Both the position numbers and the translations under genes were made by a program. A model generated the notes under the pieces. That model was given only the letters and a program-made list of their open reading frames with translations, was not told the origin of the DNA and made no database searches. 64,000 bases of DNA from an uncultured Chloroflexia bacterium. GTDB taxonomy: Bacteria; Chloroflexota; Limnocylindria; QHBO01. The stretch is taken from assembly GCA_963822845.1 (NCBI GenBank), contig CAWGIY010000009.1, positions 208,902-272,901 of the forward strand, given 5' to 3'. Of this stretch, positions 9,183-20,576 are shown in pieces (position 1 is the stretch's first letter; each line of letters starts with the position of its first letter).

Positions 9183-10186
9183 GTGACCGATCAGATCGGC
9201 GTCATCGGCGCCGGCGCCTGGGGAACCACCCTTGCCGTGCTCCTCGCCGACGCGCAGCGGCCGGTCAGCCTCTGGACCCACTCGAGCGAGACGGCGGAGA
9301 AGCTGGCGCACGAGCGCACGAACGAGCGGTACCTCCCCGGCGTCGTCTTCCCGCCCAACCTTCGCGTCGTGACCGATGACGCCTACCTCGCCGAGCCACA
9401 CCGCTTCTTCGTGGCCGCCACGCCATCGGCACACCTGCGCGGCACCCTGCGGCGACTCGCTCCGGTGCTCTTCGCCGATGCGGCCGTGCTCAGCGTCGTG
9501 AAGGGCATCGAGGAGGGCACGCACCTGCGCATGAGCGAGGTTGTCGCGCAGGAGCTTCCCGGACGGCGGGTCGCGGCGCTGTCGGGACCGAACCTGGCGC
9601 GCGAGATCGCGGCGGGCAAGCCGGCCGGATCGGTCGTTGCGTCGGAGGACGGCGAGCTGGCGGCGGAGCTCGCATCGGTCCTGTCGTCCGATCGGTTCCG
9701 GGTGTACACGAACCCCGATCTCGATCGGCGTGGAGCTCGCGGGCGCGCTGAAGAACGTCGTGGCACTCGCGGCGGGGACGGTCGACGGGCTCGGCTTCGG
9801 CGACTCGGCCAAGGCCGGGATCATCACCCGCGGCCTTGCCGAGATGACGCGCCTGGGCGTCGCGGCCGGCGCGCAGCCGCTGACCTTCGCCGGACTGGCC
9901 GGCGTGGGCGACCTGATCGCGACGTGCATGTCGCCGTTGTCGCGGAACCGCAGGGCCGGCGAGCTCATCGCGTCCGGTGTCCCGTGGCCGGAGGCGGGGG
10001 AGCGGCTTGGCGGGCGTCGCCGAAGGCGTGGCCACCGTCACCGGCGCGCTGGAGCTGGCGGCCGAGCACGGCGTCGAGCTGCCGATCGCCGAGCAGGTGC
10101 GCGCCGTCGTCTTCGACCACAAGCCGCCGATGGCGGCCGTCGCCGAGCTCATGTCGCGCAGCACGAAGGACGAGCTGGACGACTGA
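9183..10186 (+). CDS. gpsA: NAD(P)H-dependent glycerol-3-phosphate dehydrogenase with two +1 frameshifts (near 9725 and near 10010)
   Basis: Three consecutive frames carry contiguous GpsA sequence: [23 protein letters not shown] | [36 protein letters not shown] | [22 protein letters not shown]; junctions fall in G-rich runs. Confidence 0.8.
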
Positions 10187-11074
10187 TGGCGCGCCCGCTG
10201 CGCTTCGGGATCAACGTCGTCCCGTTGGCGGCCGCCTACGACGGCATCCTCGAGCAGGTCCGCGCGGCCGAGGAGGGCGGGCTGGACCTCGTCGGCATCC
10301 AGGACCACCCGTACCAGCGCCGCTTCCTCGACACGTACTCGCTCATCGCCGACCTGCTGGCACGGACCGATCGCCTGCGCTTCTTTCCCGACGTCACCAG
10401 CCTGGCCGATGCGCGACCCGCCGATGATCGCGAAGGCCGCGGCGTCGATGGACGTGATGAGCGGTGGCCGATTCGAGCTCGGGCTCGGTGCCGGCAACTT
10501 CTGGGACGCGGTGGCCGGCATGGGCCGGCCGAAGCGGACGAACCGCGAGGCGTTCGCCGCGCTCGAGGAGGCGATCGCGATCATCCGCGCCGCGCTCGAC
10601 GTGGGTCCGGAACGGCGGGTCGTGCGCGGCGAGGGCCCGCACTTCCCGGTGCCGGGCTACCCACCAGGCCCGCCGCCGGCGCACCGGATCGGCATCTGGC
10701 TCGGGGTCTATCGGTCACGAGGGCTCGACCTCGTCGGACGCCTCGCCGACGGCTGGGTGCCGTCGCTCGGCTACTGCCGCCGGACGGGCTGGCGCGCGGC
10801 GTCGCGAGCGATCGACGCGTCGGCGCGTGCCGCCGGGCGCGATCCCGACGACATCACCAGGGTCGTCAACCTCGGCGGCGCCATCACCGGCGGCGAGCGT
10901 GGCGACGACGAGCTCACCGGGCCGGTCGAGCACTGGGTGTCCACGCTGGCGTCGTGGGCGACCGACATCGGGATCGACTCGTTCATGTTCTGGGCGGTCG
11001 ATGGCGACGTCGACCAGGTCCGTCGGTTCGCACGTGAGGTCGCGCCCGCCGTGCGCGAGCGAGTCGGCCGCTGA
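10186..11074 (+). CDS. LLM-class F420-dependent (luciferase-like) oxidoreductase with a +1 frameshift near 10408
   Basis: [34 protein letters not shown] in frame 1, then [30 protein letters not shown].. in frame 2 (ORF 10409..11074); start overlaps the gpsA stop (TGATG). Confidence 0.7.
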
Positions 11075-11185
11075 TGGAACGAGAGCAGGTCGCCTTCCTG
11101 AACGAGTCGGACGGAACCCAGTTCCTGTCGATCCCGATCGACGGCTCCGACTGACCTCGCGGAAGGCGCCTCTCCTGCGGCAGGC

Positions 11186-11521
11186 CTACATCAGGCCGAC
11201 GACGTGGCCCTCCGGATCGGTGAAGAGCGCGATCGTGGTCTCGGGCGCGACCTCGGTCAGCGGCATGACGACGCGGCCGCCAGCCGCCTCGACCTTGGCC
11301 AGCGTGGCGTTGGGATCCTCGCTGCTGACGTAGAAGGTGACGTGTCCGTCGCCACCGTTCTGGGCGGGGCCGATGCCGGCGGTCATCTCGCCCTGGCGCA
11401 GCAGGCCGTAGCCACCGGGGTTGTTCGTGTCCAGCTCCCAGCCGAACACGTCGCTGTAGAAGCGCTGGAGCTTCGGGCCGTCCTTGCCGGCGACCTCGAC
11501 GTGAATGATCTTGGCTCCCAT
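11186..11521 (-). CDS. VOC/glyoxalase-family protein
   Basis: 111 aa; glyoxalase/bleomycin-resistance fold pattern (..[34 protein letters not shown]..). Confidence 0.65.
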   Translation of the reverse strand: MGAKIIHVEVAGKDGPKLQRFYSDVFGWELDTNNPGGYGLLRQGEMTAGIGPAQNGGDGHVTFYVSSEDPNATLAKVEAAGGRVVMPLTEVAPETTIALFTDPEGHVVGLM

Positions 11522-11618
11522 GGAATCGGTCTCCTTCTGAGTCTGCTGTGGGGACCGATGTCCTCATCGGCCGCTCGTCTACTCGACGTTCGGGGACCGC
11601 TGAAATCGACACGCCTCG

Positions 11619-11647
11619 GTGACGCCGCCTTCGGGCGCCCGTATACT
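11619..11647 (+). promoter_or_regulatory. putative sigma-A-type promoter for tRNA-Pro (-35 GTGACG, 17-nt spacer, -10 TATACT inside the GGCGCC-cgtatact-GGCGCC palindrome)
   Basis: TATACT at 11642-11647 lies ~20 nt upstream of the tRNA 5' end and is the only AT-rich hexamer in the region. Confidence 0.4.
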
Positions 11648-11667
11648 GGCGCCGATCCTCGCTCGGT

Positions 11668-11745
<78 letters not shown>

Positions 11746-11761
11746 AGATTCTGAGCGTGAA

Positions 11762-11794
11762 GAGAGGCCCCCGGTCACGTTCCGGAGGCCTCTC
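11762..11794. terminator. bidirectional stem-loop (GAGAGGCC..GGCCTCTC) between tRNA-Pro and the convergent CHRD gene
   Basis: 8-bp GC-rich stem with a 17-nt loop, followed by GGTTTGTC on the + strand. Confidence 0.45.
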
Positions 11795-11816
11795 GGTTTG
11801 TCGGGAGCCGAGTCGC

Positions 11817-12698
11817 TTACCGGATGGTTGCGCGCCTCAGACTCGCGACGCTGGCCGCCGCGAGGATCAGCAGCAGCCCGCCAAACAACTCGGCAACCGG
11901 CAACGCCGCGGGTCGAGCCGCGGTGTTCGGGACCGTGCCCGCAGTGACCGTGAGCGCCGCCGAGTCGCCGCACTCGCTGCCCTCGATGAATCCCCACACC
12001 GTCCACGTGCCGACACTGCCGGGCAGCATCGTGATCGTCACGCTGAATGACGCTTGGTCGACGGGCGTCGTCACGACCGGCTCGCTGTCCTCGGGGACCG
12101 ACGCGTTCTCGCCTTGCACGAGGTGGACCTCCGCGCCGCCGAAGTCGCCGGAGACAGTGATCTGTCCGCCGTCCGCCACGGTGGAGGGCTCGACAGTGAT
12201 GGTGCACCCACCACCCACGACCGAGACCACCAGCTGCCCGCGCACTGCGCCATCGGGGAACTGCTCGGTGTGGATGTTCACGTAGTACGCCGCGGGATCG
12301 GCGATGATCGCAGCCACGACATCTGCGGCAACGTCCTGGACGCAGCCGGTCATCTCACCGGTCGGAGGCTCGGTGAAGAGCGGCACGACCACGTCCCCGG
12401 CGACGCCAGCTTCACCCTCGTGGATGTGTGCGGCGACAACCGTGTCCTGGCCGATCCCGTCGATCGTCAGTTCGAAGCAGACCTCGTTCGTCTCGTCGTC
12501 GACAGTGATCACCGCGGATCCGGTCGCCCCGTCGGGACCTGGATTGGGAACCTCTGCTTCGGCCGTCAGATCAGCCGTGAACGTGGTGATCGCCGCCCTG
12601 GCGACGCCGGTCGTGAAGATGGCAGCCGCCAGCATGGCGACGATCGCGACCGCAAGTGACAGCGGCCGCGAGATAGGTGTCCGTCGACTTGTGCTCAT
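11817..12698 (-). CDS. secreted CHRD-domain protein with a hydrophobic C-terminal anchor
   Basis: 293 aa; N-terminal signal peptide; CHRD-like segment (..AAYYVNIHTEQFPDGAVRGQL..); C-terminal ..LPVAELFGGLLLILAAASVASLRRATIR; strong AGGGAGG Shine-Dalgarno 7 nt upstream. Confidence 0.6.
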   Translation of the reverse strand: MSTSRRTPISRPLSLAVAIVAMLAAAIFTTGVARAAITTFTADLTAEAEVPNPGPDGATGSAVITVDDETNEVCFELTIDGIGQDTVVAAHIHEGEAGVAGDVVVPLFTEPPTGEMTGCVQDVAADVVAAIIADPAAYYVNIHTEQFPDGAVRGQLVVSVVGGGCTITVEPSTVADGGQITVSGDFGGAEVHLVQGENASVPEDSEPVVTTPVDQASFSVTITMLPGSVGTWTVWGFIEGSECGDSAALTVTAGTVPNTAARPAALPVAELFGGLLLILAAASVASLRRATIR

Positions 12699-12790
12699 GG
12701 GACGCCTCCCTGGTCGGCGACGCGTTCAGCGTCGCTCTTGGGTACGCAGGGGCTGCAAGAGCGATACCCGGAGCCGAGGGTGCGACGCGG

Positions 12791-14780
12791 TCACCTGGAT
12801 CGGCGGCGCAGGTGGTACGGGACGTCGGCGACGATCGTGTTCGGTCGCGTGAAGAGCCGCAGCTTGAGCCGGAGAGCGGTCTGGTTGTGCAGCAGGTTCT
12901 CCCACCAGTGGCGCGGCACGAACTCGGAGAGCACGACCAGCACCGGGCGCGACGGGTCGTGGCGCTGCAGGACGTCGAGGTAGGCGAGCAGCGGACCGAC
13001 GAGCGCCCGGTAGGGCGACTCGATGACGACGAGCTCGGCGCCGCCTGACCATTCCGGCCACGCGCGACGCAGCTCATCGGCGCCGTCGTTGTCGTTCGTG
13101 ACGTGGACGGCGGTCGCATCGGGCGAGATCGACGTGGCGAAGGCGATCGGCCGCGCGCGCCGGCTCGTCGAGGCGTGCGATCGGCACGATCACCATCGGT
13201 CTGGCGGCAGCGCGGACGGGCGTGCGAGCCGGCCGGACGGCGTCGTCGACGGATCGATAGTGCGCGCGGATCCCGCGCATGAGCAGGACGAGGATCGGGA
13301 TGGCCAGCACGACCATCCAGGCCCCCGCCAGGAACTTGCTCTGCACCACGATCACCGCGATCACCCCCGTCGTCAGCGCTCCGAGGCCGTTGATCGCCAG
13401 GCCGCGTACCCATCCGGCCTCGCGACGTCGCCACCAGCGCACGACCATGCTCGACTGCGAGAGCGTGAACGCGAGGAAGACGCCGAGCGTGTAGAGCGGG
13501 ATGAGCGCGGTGACGCTCGCGCCGAACGCGATGAGCAGGAGCGCCGCGAGACTCGAGAGCGCCACGATGCCGGTGGTGAAAGCCAGCCGCTCGCCGCGGA
13601 ACGCGAACTGGCGCGGCATGAAGTCATCGCGCGCGAGGAAGGAGGCGAGGCGCGGGAAGTCGGCGAAGGCCGTGTTGGCCGCGAGGGCCAGCACGAGGAC
13701 CGTCGCCACCTGGATGAGGACGAAGAACGCGCCGTCGCCGACGAGCAGGCGGGCGATCTGCGACAGGACGGTCTGCTGTTCATGCGGGTCGGGGATGACT
13801 CCGAGCGTGCTGGCCATGAAGCTGATGCCGAGGAAGAGCGCGCCGAAGATCGCGGCGGCCCACACGAGCGTGATCCGCGCATTGCGCCACTCGGGCGGCT
13901 TGAAGGCGGGGACGCCGTCCGAGATCGCCTCGACGCCGGTCAACGCCGCCGCGCCGGAGCTGAACGCCCGCAGGATGAGGAAGAGCCCGAGCGCCTCCCC
14001 ACCGGCCTCCGCGGTCAGCCACTCGGCCGGCGGCGTGTAGTCGGGGAGCGTCCCGGTCGCCAGCCTGAACAGACCGATGCCGACCATCGCCAGGATGGCG
14101 ACGATGTAGACGTAGGTCGGCGCCGCGAAGATCGTCCCGGACTCCCGCACCCCGCGCAGGTTGCCGACCATCAGCACGACGACGATCGCGACGGCGATCA
14201 GCACCCGTTCCGGGAAGAGCTCTGGGACGACCGACGTGATCGCCGCGACCGCGGCCGACACCGACACCGCGACGGTCAGCGTGTAGTCGATGAGCAGCGC
14301 ACCGCCGGCCACGAGCCCCGCGGTCGGTCCGAGGTTGTCGCTGGATACGAGATAGCTGCTGGCGCCGTTCGGGTAGGCGCGGATGGTCTGCCAATAGCTG
14401 GTGGCGACGATCGCCAGGACGACGCAGATCGCGACGGTCAGCGGCATCGTCAGGGCGATGGCGCCGATCCCGGCGAACACGAGGATCCGCATCATCTCCT
14501 CGGTCGCATATGCCGACGAGCTGATGTTGTCGCTGCTGAAGATCGCCAGCGCCTTGAGCTTGGATAGCCGCTCGTGCTCCTCCAGCTCGCTGCTGATCGG
14601 ACGGCCGATCAGGAACGTCCGGATTCGGCGGAGCGTGCGCGTCCAGCCGGGACGATCGAGCACGGTGCGCTCGGTTGCGACCAGCTCGCCTTCGTCGCCG
14701 CGCGCGAAGAGCTCGTCGTACGGGCGCACGATCCGGACGTAGGCGTCCCCGGGCCGCCGCCCGTGTCGTCTCTCGCGCAC
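12791..14780 (-). CDS. kimA: KimA-type (APC superfamily) K+/H+ symporter, frameshifted near 13165; exact start uncertain
   Basis: Closely parallels B. subtilis KimA as I recall it (LSKLKALAIFSSDNISSSAYATEE, YPNGASSYLVSSDNLGPTAGLVAGGALLIDYTLTVAVS, LRAFSSGAAALTGVEAISDGVPAFKPP, ANTAFADFPRLASFLARDDFMPRQFAFRGERL). The track ORF 13074..14963 ends early, but the conserved cytoplasmic C-terminal domain (..AVHVTNDNDGADELRRAW..VPRHWWENLLHNQTALRLKLRLFTRPNTIVADVPYHL) continues in another frame to a stop at ~12791. Confidence 0.75.
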
Positions 14781-14838
14781 CTCGAGGTGCGCGTCGATGC
14801 TCCTCCGTGGAGCCGCGTCGCGCCGGTCGCTCACTGCA

Positions 14839-16032
14839 TCACGGCCTGGGAGTTCGCTCTGGCGGCGAGTCGCTGGCGCCGATGAGATGGACTTCGAGTC
14901 CCGGAAGCTGCCGATGCAGCTCGTCGATGAACGATCGACGCAGAGGACCGCGCCGCGCGTCACCGAGCTCGCGGCTGAGGACGACCTGCGTCGTGTGGCG
15001 CTCGCGAGCCGCCTCCGCCACGCGGGCGATCGGGCTGGATGCGGCCGGACGCACGATCGTGGCGCCGAGCTCCTCGGCGAACTCGAGATGCTCGCGCGTG
15101 TCCTGAGATCGATCGCGCGGCAGCTGGGCGGAGTCGTCGTCGACGGCCGCGATCGCGATCAGCGGTGCCCGCAGCGCGGCCGCGAGGCTCGCGGCTCGGC
15201 GAGCGACCAGGCGGGACGTGGGCCGATGGTCGACGACCAGCAGCAGCCGCTCGCGGACCGGCCACGGCTCGGTCTTGCCGCTGCCCGCCATGATGCCCTC
15301 CAGCTGCGCGTCGACGCGTTCGGCCACGTACCGCAGCGCGAGCTCGCGCAGCGCGGTGAGGTTCGCTTCGGTGAAGAAGCGGTCGAGCGCCGTCTGCGCG
15401 CGGTCGGCGGCGTACACGTTCCCGTGCCGCATCCGTTGTCGCAGTGCGCGGGGGCTCATGTCGACCAGCTCGATCTCGTCCGCGGCGAGCAGCACCTTGT
15501 CGGGAAGCCGCTCGTGCACGGGTGCGCCGATGATCGTCTCGACCGCGTCGGCGACAGACTCCAGATGCTGGACGTTGCAGGTGCTGATGACGTCGATGCC
15601 GGCCGCCCTGATCAGGTCGACGTCCTGCCAGCGCTTCGTCCGCGGCGAGCCCGGGGCGTTCGTGTGCGCCAGCTCGTCCACGAGCGCGACGGCCGGCTTC
15701 CGCTCGATCACCGCATCGGTGTCCATCTCCTCCAACGCGACGCCGTGGTACTCGATTCGGCCGCGTGGAATGATCTCGAGCCCCGCGAGCAGCTCCTCCG
15801 TCCGCGGGCGGCCATGCGCCTCGACGAACCCGACGACGAGGTCGGTGCCGCGCGCCGCGCGGCGATGAGCCTCCTGGAGCATCTCGAAGGTCTTGCCGAC
15901 GCCGGGAGCCATGCCGATGTAGACGCGGAGGCGGCCCTGCTGGCGGACCTCGCCCTCGGTCTCGAGGCGCCGGAGCATCTCGTCGCCGGTCGGGCGTCCC
16001 TCGCGCACGTCGTCAGCCATCGGTGAGCGCAT
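14839..16032 (-). CDS. kdpD: stand-alone KdpD N-terminal sensor protein (KdpD domain plus USP domain; no transmembrane or kinase part)
   Basis: 397 aa; Walker-A-like GMAPGVGKT and ..VISTCNVQHLES.. are KdpD-N hallmarks, followed by a universal stress protein (Usp) family domain (USP-like region); overlaps the 3' end of kdpC by ~20 nt. Confidence 0.8.
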   Translation of the reverse strand: MRSPMADDVREGRPTGDEMLRRLETEGEVRQQGRLRVYIGMAPGVGKTFEMLQEAHRRAARGTDLVVGFVEAHGRPRTEELLAGLEIIPRGRIEYHGVALEEMDTDAVIERKPAVALVDELAHTNAPGSPRTKRWQDVDLIRAAGIDVISTCNVQHLESVADAVETIIGAPVHERLPDKVLLAADEIELVDMSPRALRQRMRHGNVYAADRAQTALDRFFTEANLTALRELALRYVAERVDAQLEGIMAGSGKTEPWPVRERLLLVVDHRPTSRLVARRAASLAAALRAPLIAIAAVDDDSAQLPRDRSQDTREHLEFAEELGATIVRPAASSPIARVAEAARERHTTQVVLSRELGDARRGPLRRSFIDELHRQLPGLEVHLIGASDSPPERTPRP

Positions 16033-16591
16033 CCAGGTCGATATTCAGCTCCAGCACGTTCACGACAGGCTCGCCGAGGAACCCGAGAATCGGGTGGTCG
16101 GTGTGCCGATCGATGGCCGCCGTTACGTCGTCGATGTCGAGCCCTCGCGCCGCGGCGACGCGTCCGGCCTGGTACGTCGCCGCGTCGACGCTGATGTGCG
16201 GGTCCAGCCCCGATGCCGACGTGGTGACCAGGTCGACCGGGATCGGCCCGTCGCCATGCGCGGCCTGCATGCGCTCGATGTCGGCAGTGATCCGCTCGAG
16301 CAACGCCGCGCTGGTCGGAGCCAGGTTCGAACCTGACGAGCTGAGGCCGTCGTACCCGTCGCCGGCGGCGGATGGCCGTGACCAGAAGTAGGCCGGGTCG
16401 TCGAATGCCTGGCCGATGAACGCCGAGCCGACCGCCTCGCCGTCGACCTCGATGATCGAGCCATTGGCCCGTTCGCTGAAGGCGACCTGGCCGACGAGCG
16501 TGACCGCGGCCGGATAGATGACGCCGGTCACGACTGTCAGCGCGAGCAGTGCGCCGATCGCGGGCCAGATCTGGGTGCGAAGCATCGTCAT
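16013..16591 (-). CDS. kdpC: K+-transporting ATPase subunit C
   Basis: 192 aa; N-terminal TM helix and conserved ..TSASGLDPHISVDAATYQ.. KdpC motifs. Confidence 0.85.
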   Translation of the reverse strand: MTMLRTQIWPAIGALLALTVVTGVIYPAAVTLVGQVAFSERANGSIIEVDGEAVGSAFIGQAFDDPAYFWSRPSAAGDGYDGLSSSGSNLAPTSAALLERITADIERMQAAHGDGPIPVDLVTTSASGLDPHISVDAATYQAGRVAAARGLDIDDVTAAIDRHTDHPILGFLGEPVVNVLELNIDLDALTDG

Positions 16592-16603
16592 CGGTTCAGT
16601 CGC

Positions 16604-18767
16604 TCAGGCCAGGCCGATTCCGGCGATCACGAGGTCGATGAGCTTGATGCCGACGAAGGGCGCGACGAGCCCGCCGAGGCCGTAGATGAGCAGGTTGCGC
16701 TTCAGCAGGTCCGCGGCCGGCGCGGCCCGGTAGCCGACGCCGCGAAGCGCGAGCGGGATGAGCGCCACGATGATCAGGGCGTTGAAGATCACCGCCGACA
16801 GGATCGCGCTCTCCGGGGTCTCCAGCCGCATGACGTTGAGCGCTTCCAGCTGCGGGATAGGCGGTGATGAACAGCGCCGGCACGATCGCGAAGTACTTCG
16901 CCACGTCGTTGGCCACGCTGAAGGTGGTGATCGCCCCGCGCGTGATCAGGAGCTGCTTGCCGATGGCGACGACCTCGATCAGCTTCGTGGGGTCCGAGTC
17001 GAGGTCGACCATGTTCGCGGCCTCCTTCGAGGCGGACGTGCCCGAGTTCATCGCCAGCCCGACGTCAGCCTGGGCGAGGGCGGGGGCGTCGTTGGTGCCA
17101 TCGCCCGTCATCGCGACGAGGTGCCCTTCGGCCTGCTCCCGCCGGATGATCGCGATCTTCTCCTCGGGCTTGGCCTCGGCAACGAAGTCGTCGACGCCTG
17201 CCTCGTTGGCGATGGTGCGAGCCGTCAGCGGGTTGTCGCCGGTGATCATGATCGTGCGGATGCCCATGCGGCGCAGCTCGGCGAACCGTTCGCGGAGACC
17301 GGGCTTCACGGTGTCCTTCAGCTCGATGACGCCGAGGACCGCGCGATCGCGTCTGAGGGCCAGAGGCGTTGCTCCCGCGGCCGCGATGCGGTCGGAGACG
17401 ACTCGCAGGTTCGGCGGCGCATCGCCGTCGACGCTGGCCGCGATCGCGTCGACCGCTCCCTTCTCGTAGCGAACGCCGCCAGCAACGACCCCGCTGGTCC
17501 GCGTCTCCGCGCTGAACGGTGTGGTCACGGTGATCGACGCGGTCGCCGCGGCGACGGCCGCATCGTCGCCACCCGTCGCGCCCAATTCCACCAGGCGTTC
17601 GCGGGCAAAGGCGACGATCGAGCGACCCTCGGGTGTGTCGTCGCCGATGGATGTGAGCAGGGCAGCCCGCACGACATCGGCCTCGGGGATCCCGTCGACC
17701 GGGGTGATGCTGGCCGCAAGGCGATTCCCGAACGTGATCGTCCCGGTCTTGTCGAGCAGGATGACGTCGACGTCGCCACAGGCCTCGACGGCCCTCCCCG
17801 AGAGGGCGAGGACGTTGAACCGCGCCACGCGGTCCATTCCCGCGATGCCGATCGCAGACAGCAGGCCGCCGATCGTGGTCGGGATCAGGCAGACGAGGAG
17901 GGAGACGAGCACCGCCACGCCGAGCGTCGCGCCGGCGAACGCACCGAACGGGCGAAGCGTGGCGACGGCGAGCAGGAACACGAGCGAGAGGCCGGACAGC
18001 AGGATCGACAGCGCGATCTCGTTCGGGGTCCGCTGGCGCTTCGCCCCCTCGACCAGCGCGATCATGCGGTCCAGGAAGGTCTCCCCCGGATCGGCGGTGA
18101 CCCGGATGACGAGCTCGTCGCTGACGAGCTGTGTGCCTCCGGTCACGCTGCTGCGGATGTCGGTCCCGGGCTCCTTGAGCACCGGAGCGGACTCGCCGGT
18201 GATGGCGGCCTCGTTGACGTATGCGACGCCCTCGATCACCTCGCCGTCCCCCGGGATGATCTCGCCGGTCCGGACAACGACGATGTCGCCACGTCTCAGG
18301 GCCGACGAACCGACCTCCTCGAAGGTGCCGTCCTCGCTGCGACGCCTGGCGATCGTCTCGGATCGGGTCCGTCGCAACGTCGCAGCCTGCGCGCGGCCAC
18401 GGGCCTCGGCGACGGCCTCCGCATACGTCGCGAAGAGGACGGTGAACCAGAGCCACACGGCGATCTGGGCCTGGAACCCGATCTCGCGGCCGAAGTCGCC
18501 GATGTCGCCGCCGATGCCGAGGAGCTCCAGCATGAGGAGGACGGTCACCAGCGCGGCGGTCAGCTCGACCACGAAGATCACGGGGTTCCGAATGAGCTGC
18601 CGCGGATCGAGCTTGCGGAACGCGTGGGGAATCGCGGCGCGGAGGAGCTCCGGATCGAAGACGCCGCGGCGCCGCGGTGGCTTGCCCGAGGCCGCGCGGA
18701 GCTCGCGATCGGCGCGCTCTTCCCGGCGGCTGAGCCGTGACGTGTCGATGATCGACAGGATCGACAT
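16604..18767 (-). CDS. kdpB: K+-transporting P-type ATPase subunit B, frameshift near 16854 (extra C in a CCC run)
   Basis: DKTGTIT phosphorylation site, [22 protein letters not shown]. The C-terminal [32 protein letters not shown].. sits in ORF 16604..16831. 'tat ccc gca gct gga' versus expected 'tat ccg cag ctg gaa' ([13 protein letters not shown]). Confidence 0.85.
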
Positions 18768-18772
18768 CGTGC

Positions 18773-20485
18773 CTACCGCAGCCTTGCGCTCTCGAGGAGC
18801 AGCTGCTCGACGATCGGTCCGAGCGCGAGCGCCGGGAAGAAGGTAAGCGCCCCGACGATCACGATCGTTGCGACGAGGAGGCCGACGAAGAGCGGCCCGG
18901 TGGTCGGGAACGTCCCAAGGGACGGGGCCACGCTGCGCTTGCCGACCATCGACCCGGCGATCGCGAGGATCGGGACAATCGTCGCAAATCGGCCGACAAA
19001 GAGGGCGACTCCGCCGGTGAGGTTGTAGAAGCCGCTGTTCGCGCTCAGGCTGCAGAAGCACGACCCGTTGTTGGCCGACTGGCTGGTGAACGCGTACAGG
19101 ATCTCGCTGAAGCCGTGCGGCCCGGAGTTGGCCGGGCCCGCCAGCCCATCGGGCGTCACCGATGCAAGCGCGCTGAACAGCAGGATGCTCGTCGCCGTGG
19201 CCAGCACCGCGAGGAGCACCATCTTCATCTCGAACGCCTCGATCTTCTTGCCGAGGTATTCGGGCGTGCGACCGACCATCAGCCCGGCGATGAAGACCGC
19301 CAGGATCACGTAGATCAGGATCCCGTACAGGCCCGCCCCGACGCCGCCGGGCGTGACCTCACCGAGCAGCATCAGCGCCATCGGGACCATGCCCGCGAGG
19401 GGCACGAAGCTCGCGTGCATCGCGTTGACCGAACCGCTGCTCGTGCCGGTTGTCGCGGCGGCGAAGGTCCCGCTCACGAAGGAGCCGAATCGGGCCTCCT
19501 TGCCCTCCATGTTTCCGGCCGCCTGGACGACCTCGCTCGGGATGAGCGTGTTGCCGCCGAGCTCGACGAACGCCGCCACACCGATGGCGACGACCAGCAC
19601 CGACATCATCGCGGCGAACAGGACCCAGCCCTGTCGTCGATCCCCGACGAGGCGTCCATAGGTGCCGGTGAGGGCGAAGGGGATCACCAGCAGCAGCAGC
19701 ATCTCGAACCAGTTGGTGAGTCCGTTCGGACTTTCGAAGGGATGCGACGAGTTGGCATTGAACGGCCCCCCGCCGTTGGTGCCGAGCTCCTTGATCGCCT
19801 CGTGCCCGGCCAGCGGGCCGACGGCGAGCGTCTGCTCGCCGCCCTGGAGGGTCGTCACGGCGAGCGGACCGGACCATGTCTGCGTGACGCCCTGCGAGAC
19901 GAGCACGATGGCGGCAACGAAGGCGATCGGCAGCAGGATGTAGAGAGTCGAGCGGGTGAGGTCGACCCAGAAATTGCCGATGGTCGCCTGGCTCCGACGT
20001 GCCAGCCCGCGCGTGAGCGCGATGGCCACGGCGATCCCGGTCGCGGCCGACAGGAAGTTCTGGACCGAGAGGCCGGCGACCTGGGTGATGTGCGCCATCG
20101 TCGATTCGCCCGAGTACGCCTGCCAGTTCGTGTTGGTGACGAAGCTGATGGCGGTGTTGAAGGCAAGGTCCGGCGCGACTCCCTCGAAGCCGGCCGGGTT
20201 GAACGGCAGCACGCCCTGCAGCCGCTGCATCAGGTAGAGGACGACGATCGAGGCCACGGCAAACAGCAGCACCGAGACCGCGTACGCGGTCCAGCGCTGC
20301 TCGCGATCCGGGTCGACCCCGAGCAGTCGGTAGGTGCCACGCTCCACGGGGGCGAGGATCGGTGTGAGCAGCGTCCGTTCCCCGGTGAGCACCCGCGCCA
20401 TGTACCCGCCCAGGGGCACGCTCAAGAGGCCGACGACGATCAGCAGGCTCGCGCTCTCGACGAGGTCGGGAAGCAACCCGGCCAT
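18773..20485 (-). CDS. kdpA: K+-transporting ATPase subunit A
   Basis: 570 aa, about 10 TM helices, KdpA selectivity-filter-like regions (..[17 protein letters not shown]..); ATG start overlaps the kdpF stop. Confidence 0.85.
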   Translation of the reverse strand: MAGLLPDLVESASLLIVVGLLSVPLGGYMARVLTGERTLLTPILAPVERGTYRLLGVDPDREQRWTAYAVSVLLFAVASIVVLYLMQRLQGVLPFNPAGFEGVAPDLAFNTAISFVTNTNWQAYSGESTMAHITQVAGLSVQNFLSAATGIAVAIALTRGLARRSQATIGNFWVDLTRSTLYILLPIAFVAAIVLVSQGVTQTWSGPLAVTTLQGGEQTLAVGPLAGHEAIKELGTNGGGPFNANSSHPFESPNGLTNWFEMLLLLVIPFALTGTYGRLVGDRRQGWVLFAAMMSVLVVAIGVAAFVELGGNTLIPSEVVQAAGNMEGKEARFGSFVSGTFAAATTGTSSGSVNAMHASFVPLAGMVPMALMLLGEVTPGGVGAGLYGILIYVILAVFIAGLMVGRTPEYLGKKIEAFEMKMVLLAVLATATSILLFSALASVTPDGLAGPANSGPHGFSEILYAFTSQSANNGSCFCSLSANSGFYNLTGGVALFVGRFATIVPILAIAGSMVGKRSVAPSLGTFPTTGPLFVGLLVATIVIVGALTFFPALALGPIVEQLLLESARLR

Positions 20486-20486
20486 G

Positions 20487-20576
20487 TCAGAGCTCCTCCG
20501 CACGCAGGAGCGCGATGAGCAGATACACGAAGAGCGCGACGGCGACGACCGCCGCGACGATGTCGATCCCGCTCAC
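20487..20576 (-). CDS. kdpF: K+-transporting ATPase subunit F (29 aa, GTG start)
   Basis: Hand-translated VSGIDIVAAVVAVALFVYLLIALLRAEEL*, matching the KdpF pattern (..LF.YL..ALL.PE.F) immediately 5' of kdpA. Confidence 0.6.
   Translation of the reverse strand: MSGIDIVAAVVAVALFVYLLIALLRAEEL

Noticed and set aside
14779-14790. 12-nt perfect palindrome CACCTCGAGGTG between kdpD-N and kimA
   Set aside because: Too short and GC-neutral to distinguish from chance. It lies inside the probable kimA N-terminal coding region
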